Shown one piece after another: positions 36,949-46,238 of a stretch of DNA of 46,238 nucleotides. Where the stretch lies: assembly GCF_001194135.2 (NCBI RefSeq), contig NC_068990.1:78635164-78681401 (forward strand), given 5' to 3'. Each line of letters begins with the position of its first letter. The stretch's first letter is position 1. The stretch comes from Octopus bimaculoides. Lineage: Eukaryota. Below the pieces are notes generated by a model, which ran no database searches, was not told the origin of the DNA, and worked only from the letters and a program-made list of their open reading frames with translations. Both the position numbers and the translations under genes were made by a program.

Positions 36949-38233
36949 TTGGGCTGAGGAATAATTCATGAGTGTTTTTTTTTTAAATTTATTTTAAATA
37001 ACAAAACTGCAACAAATTAATCAATAATATACTCTCCGTTGTTATTTATGACTTCCTCCCATCATTCAATAAGTTTTTTTGATGCCTCAGGGATAGAAAT
37101 CTCCTGGTCTTGACTCAAAGAATTCGTCCAACCAAGCCCTCAATTCCACGTCATTATTGAACAATACACTGCACAAAGCATTTGAAAGAGATGAAAATCT
37201 GATGAGACCAAATCTAGAGAGTATGGAGGACGAGGTAGCACTTCCCATTTCAGTTCTTGAATCATGGGCTTGGTCATATTTTGACGATGTGAGGATGGAT
37301 GTTGTCGTGTTGCAGAAGAATGCCATTTTTCCCATTTGGTCTTTTTTGCTGAATTGCTTCATTGAATTGGTGCAGCTGTTGAATGTAGAACTCCACATTG
37401 AGTGTTTGGTTGTGCTCAAGCTGTTTATAATGAATTAGGCCTTCCCAGCTCCCACCATTCTCACAACATGGTCTTCCAAGGATGAAGGTCTGTTTTGGTC
37501 ACGGACTCACTTGTTTGTCGGGACTGAGCCATTCTTTTCACTGCTTCATATTGACATCACGGCACCATTTTCCATCACCAGGGACAATGCTGTAAAGAAA
37601 ACATTGTTTGTGACTATATGTTGAGCGTTGTTGAGCGAGCAAACTGACAGCGATTGTGGAGCATTGATTTTTGTTGTTTTCACTCAAAGTGAGTGGCACT
37701 CAAGCGCCGAGTTTCTTAACCTTGCCCATTGAGTGTGAAGGTGGTTCACCAAAGTTTTTTTATAACAATCCTTCTGCCCCACCAATTCTCTGGTTGTTTG
37801 ACATGAATTTTTGTGAAGAAGTTGATTCAATCGCTCTTCATCAAACTCAATTGGTCAACTGGTGTATGATCCGCCCCTGAGATCAAAATTCCCAATTTTT
37901 GAAGTGCAAAAACCAACGGTGGGCAGTACTTTGAGGCATTCCTCCTTCTCCAAACACAACACAAATCTCACGAACAGCTTCAGCAGCCTTAACACCTCGA
38001 TTAAATGCAAAAAGTAAATGGTGTTGAAAACGTTCAGTTTTGTCTACTTGACATTCCATTTTAATGATCTGAAAATACACAAAAATCAATAAAATTTAAA
38101 AATCAAAACACACATTATCCTGTAGAGCAAAAAATTCTCTTTTAAATAACATAAGATATTTTGCCAATGCATTTTATTTCTGCATGCTTTTTCAAATTTG
38201 AGAAAAACGCTCATGAATTATTCCTCATCCCAA
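36949..38233 (-). mobile_element. Full-length (1285 bp) degenerate mariner with TIRs and TA TSD
   Basis: TA|ttgggctgaggaataattcatgagtg ... cgctcatgaattattcctcatcccaa|TA. N-terminus MECQVDKTERFQHHLLFAFNRG, frameshifted WEVLPRPPYSLDL. Multiple stops. Confidence 0.92.
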
Positions 38234-38527
38234 TACATATTTGTAAATTATGTTATGGTTTTGTAAACAGCAATTTAGTGCAACAAACTGATAAGAATTG
38301 AATGCTGACTCTCTTGTTTATGAAACAAACATGTCCGTATATTCATGGCAAGACACTTGCAGCTTTCTTCTACCAAATTAAGAAAGATATCGAGCATGTT
38401 TAGAAAACAAGCAATGTAAGGACCCCTCTGAGTGAGATTTTGTTGATTTTAAGGTCTCTAACTGATGTCAGCTAATGTGTTGTGTTAAGATATTGTTCTA
38501 ATTTAAAATATATGTATGTATGTATGG

Positions 38528-38591
<64 letters not shown>

Positions 38592-38678
38592 GTCATTATC
38601 ATCATCATTTAACATCCACTTTCCATACTGGCATAGGATGGACAATGCCAGCATGGACAGTGGATGCTAAATGATTGA

Positions 38679-40130
38679 TCATCATCATTTAATGTCTGCT
38701 GGCTATGCTGGAATTGGTCAGGCACTTTGACCATGGCTGGCAAGCAGGAGAGCTACACTAGGCCCCAGTCTGATTTGGCATTGTTTTGCTATGTCTGGAT
38801 GCCCTTCCTTACACCAACCACTCCAAGTGTCTGATGAGTGTTTTATGTGCCACCAACATGGGTGCCATTTGCATGACACCAGTATCTGCCACAACTGCAA
38901 TTTTACTTGACTTGATGGGTCTTCTTCTCAAGCACGACACAATGCCAAAGGTCTTGGTCATTTGTCATTGTCTCAATGAGATCCAACACTCGAAATGTTC
39001 TTTCATGCACCACCGGCATCAGCCTCTGTGAGGCCCAATGCCATTTACATGACACTAGCATTGGCCATGACTACGACTTCATTTGTCTTGATGGGTCTTC
39101 TCAAGCACAGCACATCGCCAAAGGTCTTGGTCACCACTCATTGCCTCTGTGAGGCCCAACATTCAAAGATCATTCTTCACCACCTCGTCCCATGTCTTCC
39201 TGGGTCTACCTCTACCACAGGTTCCCTCCACAGTTAGAGATCAGCACTTCTTTACGCAGCTGTTCTCGTCCATATGCATCCCATGACCATACCAATGCAG
39301 TTGTCTCTCTGGCACATCATATCTGATGCTTCTTATGCCAAACTTTTCTCTCAAGATGCTTACATTGACATTGCACATCCAGCGAAGCATGCTAGCTTCA
39401 TCTCTTTCAAGCCTACACATGTCCTCAGCAGTCACAGCCCATATTTCACTGTTGTGTAGCATAGCTGTTTGCACACAGGCATCATACAATCTGTCTTTCA
39501 CTCTGAAGGAGAGGCCCTTTGTTAGCAACAGAGGTAAGATCTCTCTGAACTTTGCTCAGCTTATTCTTACTCTTACAGTTATGCTCTCAGAGCATCCACC
39601 TCCTCTACTAACTTGGTCACCTAGATAACAGAAGCTATCACCTACCTCTAGTTCACCCACCTGGCAATTGGTGGGGTTTATTTTCTGTACATCTTCAGTG
39701 TTTATTGCCTCTGTGCATCTGCCACACACAAAAACTGTTTTTCCAGTTAACCTTCCTCTGATATTGCTCCACCTCTTATGAGTCCATAGCTTGCACCAGG
39801 TACATCTTATGGAGTTTCTATCAATGCCTGTCCTACAGATTGAAGGGGGCCATCTACCTGAAGGTATTTGTGATTTTTCTGCTCTCCAACTTACTAAGAC
39901 TTTGGTTTTTGCTAGATTAACTCTAAAGTCCTTTGATTCTAGACCTTGCCTCCATGCCTGAAATTTCTTCTCTAGAACCCTAACCCTAACCCTAACCCTA
40001 ACCCTAACCCTAACCCTAACCCTAACCCTAACCCATGAGGACAAAGTCATCAGCATAGAGGAGCTCCCAGGGACAGCCTGTCTTGTATTTCTCTATTATT
40101 GCCTGGAGGACTATGATGAACAAGATGGGG
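38679..40130 (-). mobile_element. Second, older RTE LINE copy (RT C-half, PHD, full 3'UTR with (GAT)n tail)
   Basis: PILFIIVLQAI..KTGCPWELLYADD, RCTWCKLWTHKR, RLYDACVQTAMLH. It directly links the RTE ORF to the family D 3' end. Confidence 0.9.
39976..40034 (-). repeat. Interstitial telomeric repeat, perfect (TTAGGG)9 plus 5 nt
   Basis: aaccc(taaccc)9 on the + strand. Confidence 0.97.
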
Positions 40131-40955
40131 ATGCTACAGGACTGTTACTTGTCTCATGGTTAAATACATTACTTAGCTGGACAACTTCTTGTGTAGGAGT
40201 GACACAAATGTCTTTCATTTGTTTAACAACTTTATGTATGTATGTGTGTGTATGTATATGTGTGTGTACGTATGTGTGTGTGTATGTATGTATGTGTGTG
40301 TGTATGTATGTATGTATGTTTATATATGTGTGTGTGTGAGTAAGTGTTTGTATTAATGCTAGTAACTGATGTTGGCTGGCAACTTTCAGTGAAAGGAATT
40401 ATTCAGTCCTGAAACTGTTTGGTCCTCTGTTTTATTGATCTCAGAGGGACGAAAGCTGAAGTTGGCTCTGGTTGGAACTGAACTCAGAATGTAAAGAAGC
40501 GGAATGATAATGCTATAATGAATGCTAATAATAAAGGCTAATTATAAACGATTGCCATTAGTGAATAATGAATAGTTTAAGACGTTCTAAAAATATAATT
40601 TCAAGAAAGAAGAGAAAATATTCTTTAAAAGAATTAGAGAGAAATTTAGAAAATAAAAAAAAAAAATTAGAATTTTGGAGGTGAAAATGTTCTGAGTTCA
40701 AAAGGAAGGTCACACATTTCTTTGAAGGAAAAAAATATAACAACAGAAGTTTAATTTGTAAGTAATTACTGATCAAACTATATTTAATTAGTAATTAGCT
40801 ATGGGAAGCACTTAACTTAATTGGAAGGGATGTAATCTTCATTATTAAGAGTTAATTTTATTTTATTTTAGCATTTATTTGTTTCTATTTAGTGATTTTG
40901 TTAAAGAGCCCAAAGTAATGAATAATGAATTACATTTGTTGCTGTCTAAGCCAGA

Positions 40956-41062
40956 GGTTCGAGTCCTGCTACAGGACTGTTACTTGTCTCGGGGTTAAAC
41001 TTAGCTGGACAACTTCTTGTGTAGGAGTGACACAAGTCTCTTTCATTTATTTAACAACTTTA
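40956..41062 (+). mobile_element. Truncated tRNA-related repeat with perfect B-box; second copy without B-box at 40132-40234
   Basis: GGTTCGAGTCC at 40956-40966. The following about 95 nt are closely matched at 40132-40234. Confidence 0.55.
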
Positions 41063-42339
41063 ATTACTGAGAATAGGAAGTAATTGCATCTAATCTGTGG
41101 TTCCTGCAAATTACTGACGACGTTGACTTTGCCTTTCATTTTTCTGGGGTTGTTAGTGAAAGTACCAGTAATATATTCGGGTAATTCAATTTGTTTCACA
41201 TTTGCCCCACAAATTTATAACTCTGTACAATATAAGAAGTAATTGTCATTAATATTGTAATTATTATTTAAATGTAATGATTACAAAATCTGGTTGAGCA
41301 CCAGTCAAGACAGACAAGAATTGTAATACTCAGTTTCACATCTCTAGGTTATGAGTTCAACTCTCACTAAGGTTAACTTTGCTTTTTATCCTTCATGAAT
41401 TGGTAAAATAAATAACAATCAAGAACCAATGGTGATCCAATCAATTATGTTGTTTTGCAAAATGTCTGGCCTTTCATCCGTCCCCTGCCTCCTCCTTTTT
41501 ATATAAATATTATTGGAAATGTTATTACTATTGTTAATACTGAGTTCTAGAAGTGCTGTGTGTCCCATCCACACTTAACAAGAAAACCACAACAAACCAA
41601 ACTATGTCTCTACATCTTTTCTCTTCCTCATATTTCCACTTCATACATTACGCTTACCTCCCACTCCCCAATCCTGTCCACTTGGCCCTGTACCACTGCA
41701 TCATTGCTCTCCGCCCCACCCCCACCCGACCTGTGTGTTCTACCCACATGCCCTGTCTCACTCTACTATCTATCTGCTAGCCCCCAATCTGTGTATTCCA
41801 CCCACATGTAACACCTTCATACGCTATGCCTAGCTCTCACTCCCCAGTCCTGTCCCCACACCTCTGCTCCTTTGTATCATTGCTATCCAGTAGCCCCCCA
41901 CCTCCAACTCTATACATCCCCAGGTCTTTCACCACTTGCTCGCACTCTTTAATCACACCCTCTTCGCAATATCCTGCCACTCATATTATAGCATTTGAAC
42001 CTCAAGGGTATGCCCTGGCACTTGCCACCATCTATATCTCTCTCTTCCTTTACCCAACCATCCCATTTATATTCTGACCCCTGTCCCTTATCAGTATGCC
42101 AGGCACTTTGTCACCTTCTCTATCCTGCTGTCTCCCACTTTCTCTCCTCCTGCACTTCCCTCAGGTTGGGTAACCATGTATCTCTTTTGCGGAAGTACAC
42201 CTGTTTCTGTCCTCATTCCTGATCTCTCTCTCTCTGGCCAGGTAACCTTGAACTTCCTCTACAGCAAGACACCTGTTTCTGTCTCACTATAACCTTTCCA
42301 TCATCCAACACAAAATTGCCTCCTCTCCTCTTCAAAGTT

Positions 42340-42648
42340 TTCTTCTTGCAAGTACTTGGTGACCCTGTCAGTGCAGGTGTCACTTAAAAGCATCCAGTCC
42401 ATACTGTAAAGTGGTTGGTGTTTGGAAGGGCATCCAGCTGTAAAAACCTTACCAAAACTGACCTCACCTGTACTTGTGCCACATAAAAATCAGTACTCAC
42501 CTCCCTTGTGTCATGAAAAAAAGCACTAAGTCCACTCTGCTGAGTGGCTGGTGTTAGGAAGGGCATCCAGCTGTAAAAATCCTGCCAAAACAATCACAGA
42601 AATCAGGTGCAGGCTAGCACGGAAGGCAGACGTTAAACAATGATGATA
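42340..42648 (+). mobile_element. Family D copy/copies with (GAT)n tail
   Basis: ggaagggcatccagctgtaaaa occurs twice; gacgttaaacaatgatgat tail. Confidence 0.75.
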
Positions 42649-42871
42649 TATATATAAAATTATAATTTAGAGTACCTATGAAATACAGCCACGCTGAAAA
42701 TAGCAGCCAAATCTTGACTCTAAACCACAATAAAATGTTCATATAGCACACAGGAGAGAAGACGAAGAAAACAAAATAAACTAGCAAAAATTACTGGATA
42801 ATTTTAAATAATTGTTACCTTTCATGGTTTTCATTCCCATGCTGGCCACTTGATTTGAATATCGATCTTAT

Positions 42872-42913
<42 letters not shown>

Positions 42914-43385
42914 ATATATATATACACACATACATACACATATATGTAGATGTATGTATATAAATAATATTGTATAAGGTCTCCAACCTTTATAATTGTA
43001 AATGTGTTTTTACTTCACATTCCTCATTAACAAAAATATGGAAGAAACGTAACACCTAGGATATATTCCATATTTTTGTGCATCTCTCCAAGCTCTTGTG
43101 GCTAATTATGAAAATATTATTATTATAATTATCATTATTATTATTGTTGTTGTTGGTGTTGTTTACTGTTTCTCAGAGATCCTGCAAAGACATATAAAAA
43201 AAAGAACAAAACAAAAAATGGATTTACCACTTTTAATTGCTGAAAATAAATTTCTTTTATTGTTTTTCAATCTCAACAACTGACAAGAAGGATTTCGGAT
43301 TCTTTAAGCTCCTCTATAATTTATTGCAATGGGAAAAGATTTATTTTTATTTACTTCTCTTTTTCATTGTGCCTGTTTCTGCCAG

Positions 43386-43415
43386 GCAGTCTTTTTCAAA
43401 GGGTTGTAGGAAAAG
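43386..43415 (+). CDS. Candidate 30-nt microexon (phase 2-2; R-QSFSKGCRK)
   Basis: Long pyrimidine tract ending ...gtgcctgtttctgccAG, then donor AAG|GTAAGT. Open in the phase set by the 18909-19015 exon. No homology support. Confidence 0.35.
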
Positions 43416-43857
43416 GTAAGTTTTACAATAGTGGTAGCAACATTGAATAAAATAATAAATATTTCTGCTACTCTCCAATATTTCAAACCCAACATTAAAT
43501 TCAAACCCAACATCAAATTTGGAAATTAAACTAACAAAAAGACATTCAAACACAAGCATTTATAGGTCAACCTTAAAAGTGAAAAATGAAACCGGGCTGA
43601 AAAAAGCCAACCAAAATGAGAAAAAAGATTAAAATCATTGGTAGCGGCTGAACCACATCAAATCATCATGTTTTGGTAATGTTGTGGGAAACAAGGAGTT
43701 TGTTTTGTGAGAAATAGGGTTTTTGTTGTTGGAAATAGGGAGTTTGTTGATGTGAGTGAGAGCCAGAAAAAAAAATTCCCAGAAAATAGGAATGTGGTTC
43801 GTTGAGAAAGACAAGATTTCCATAATTGAGGATGAGGCAGCACTTCCCATTTGTGTA

Positions 43858-44340
43858 GTCATCCACTCTAGTATTATTCCTCTATTAAGGCAATCCTGAA
43901 GTTGTTCCCCCAGCCTCCCATGTGAACTAATAAATTTCTTTAGCCAGTACCCTTGAACTAAATCTACTCCTGGGCCCTCCCTATTCGGCATTTTTCCTAA
44001 CACTTTACTCATTAAAGCACTAATTAATCTTTGATCTGGCTGCTTCTCACTCACTATTTCTTCCCTCACTTTCTTCAACCACACTGCATCTCCATTATGA
44101 TTGACTGACTTATCCCAAATATTACTCCAGAAATTTCTAGTTCCTTCTGCATTAGGTATCTCATCTCCAGTTCTTTCTCCTCCACTATTTATTTGGTTAT
44201 AAAATCTTCTGTGGTCTGTCTCAAATAATCTATTCTATTGTTACTGATTTATTCTTATCTGACATCTGGAAAGCTTCCCTGCTACTGCTATGATACACTG
44301 TTTCAACTCTCCCATGACTGTCCCAAATTCTTTCTCTTTG
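43858..44340 (-). mobile_element. R4/Dong-like RLE LINE, pre-RT region, starting at the (AAT)n tract
   Basis: TDHRRFYNQI...NFWSNIWDKSVNHNGDAVWLKKV...GPGVDLVQGYWLKKF...GIILEWMT. Confidence 0.8.
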
Positions 44341-44397
<57 letters not shown>

Positions 44398-44406
44398 GTT
44401 ATTATT
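44341..44406. repeat. (ATT)n microsatellite / LINE tail
   Basis: Seen directly. Confidence 0.95.
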
Positions 44407-44640
44407 AAATGAAAACTCCCAGCTTATGTTGTTGGGTCTGATGGAAAGTGTCAGCTGTCCACAGCCAGCAGACTAAGGTGACACTTCTTTTACTGGTCAT
44501 GCTTCAAGAATCCCGCAAAGAATTCTTGCATTTCCAAGCAATGTTGATTTTTCTAGGTGTTCTACCTTCACACATGCACCAATCTTTTTCAGCCATGTTG
44601 GTCCACTGGGCTGCTCCAATATTAACACTCCATAACCATC
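44407..44640 (-). mobile_element. 3' end of an R4/Dong-like LINE
   Basis: Homologous to 20110-20300 (tgaaaactcccagcttat...gatttttctaggtgttctaccttcacac). Confidence 0.85.
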
Positions 44641-44725
44641 ATGTTTATTTGTTTACTCCACTTACGTCTTGAAGCATGGTTAGCAGTTGCTGGATTATGA
44701 CCAGGCCCACCCTGCTGCACAGTGG

Positions 44726-44779
44726 GGCACCTGCCATGTGTGGCACCTGTCACGTGTGGCACCTGCCACATGTGGCACC
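44726..44779. repeat. 16-bp minisatellite x3.4 (GGCACCTGYCAYRTGT)
   Basis: Units start at 44726, 44742, 44758, with a partial unit at 44774. Confidence 0.9.
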
Positions 44780-44846
44780 ATCACCATTGGTTCCAGTCTC
44801 ATTCACACCATTATCAATATCTATTGTGCTTGGCATTATAATTATA

Positions 44847-44892
<46 letters not shown>

Positions 44893-45276
44893 GCATTATT
44901 ATTGTTATTGATGCTGTTCCCTTGGGCTTTGCAATATTTGGCAACATTTTTGTGGATAAAACATAGCTCAAAACACTTCAATTTGAAAGATAAAAGAAAC
45001 AATTCTCTTCATTCCAGTTTAAGAAGACTTTGTGAATGATGAGTGCCAAACTTTTTGTCGAACATTTTATATTAAAAATTAATAGAAATAAAGTCTCAGG
45101 GGAATACATTAAATAACTGTTTATTTAAAGATTACTATTAATAAAGTAATTGGTAAGAGAGGTTTAGTCCAAAATAGGGAAGTGTGTGGCCCAGAGAGCA
45201 CAACACTTCACTTCTTTCATTAGCCACAAGGACCCATACAAAGACCCATACAGGACAAATCAAGTGTGGATTTACT

Positions 45277-46085
45277 TCATCATCATCATCAACATCATCA
45301 ACATCATCATCATTTACCGTCCATTGTCTATACTGGCATGGATTGGACAGTTTGACCAGAGCTGACAAGCTGGAAGGCTGCACCAGATTTCAATCTGATT
45401 TGGCACATTTTTCTATGGTTGGATGCCCTTCCTAAACACTAGCCACTCTGAGAGTGTAATGGGTGCCATTTACGTGCCACCAGCATTTAAGTGCCATTTG
45501 CATGGCACCGGTATCTGCCATGAATTGTAAATAATAAATGGATTTAGAGGTAAAAAACAAAACAATAGAAAATATAAAGAAAAGTTAAAATATTTACTAC
45601 AGGAGTTGAATCTGGCCATCCATGACTCTCACTACTGTCTGTTTTGACTACTTTTAGCAAATTTATGATATTACTTTTTTTTAGTGAGTCTTTGTTATTT
45701 ATTGATACATTGTTGGTCTGGTTTCTCATTAGCAATCAATCGTTTTAATAAGCAATCCATTCATCTCTGATCTCTTCTTCTTCCACAATCAAAACAATAT
45801 TCTTTTTGCCCCAAATCAGGTTCCTGTTACTGGTTTCCAAAACCATAAAACTTTGGTAATCCCAAAAGCAAGCACTTCTTCATCACAGACTTCTAATCAT
45901 CATTGTTTAATGTTCACCTTCCATGCTGACATGGAAGGAATGGTTTGACAGGAAGAGGCCAGGCAGAAGCCTGCACCAGACTTCTGTGACTGTTTTGGCA
46001 GGATTCTTACAGCTGGATGCCCTTCCTAACACCAACCACTCAGCAAAGTGGACTCAGTGCTTTTTATGTGGCACAAGTACAGGTG
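45277..46085 (-). mobile_element. Two family D copies (about 45277-45530 and 45898-46085)
   Basis: (CAT)n tails and ggatgcccttcctaa cores. Confidence 0.75.
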
Positions 46086-46156
46086 AAGAGGTCAGTTTTG
46101 ACCTGGGGTGTTTTTCGATGTTGTTGTTGTTGTTATTATTATTATTATTATTATTA

Positions 46157-46202
<46 letters not shown>

Positions 46203-46238
46203 CATTCGTTCCCCCACCACCGTTCCCCCGCCGCCGCC

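Noticed and set aside
40945-40975. tRNA gene
   Set aside because: Only a B-box/T-arm is present, with no A-box, D-arm or acceptor stem.
41640-42300. Pyrimidine-rich region with degenerate internal repeats and several overlapping ORFs
   Set aside because: Low-complexity C/T bias explains the ORFs; probably an old repeat interior.
81-45735. Remaining 60-150 aa ORFs (poly-IY, HT, SL, CV, ER, N, I runs)
   Set aside because: They are translations of microsatellites, N-gaps or antisense/off-frame TE sequence.

Overview
AT-rich, microsatellite-dense eukaryotic DNA with four N-gaps. It is most likely octopus (inference from the SINE/LINE families and a 'GEKPY.CD.CG / YHCDIC' C2H2 zinc-finger relic). 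There is no complete protein-coding gene and no supportable rRNA, tRNA or CRISPR. Most of the window is layered transposon debris: two RTE-clade LINEs carrying a PHD finger plus about 10 short copies of their (GAT)n-tailed 3' end, two families of restriction-like-endonuclease (RLE) LINEs, two tRNA-derived SINE families, two mariners, a Tc1 derivative and hAT MITEs. The main non-repeat signal is a TE-poor, CpG-retaining island at about 16.3-19.1 kb. It ends in a candidate first coding exon (18909-19015, +) encoding a Leu-rich signal peptide with a perfect CAG|GTAAGT donor, preceded by an in-frame uORF separated from it by a single TAG. A candidate 30-nt microexon lies at 43386-43415. Other highlights are a perfect telomeric (TTAGGG)n tract replacing about 19 nt of a LINE RT, a C2H2-ZNF pseudogene fragment and a diverged inverted duplication. 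All calls are by eye, and family names come from recalled motifs rather than database searches. Most short ORFs in the supplied track are microsatellite or antisense-TE artefacts.
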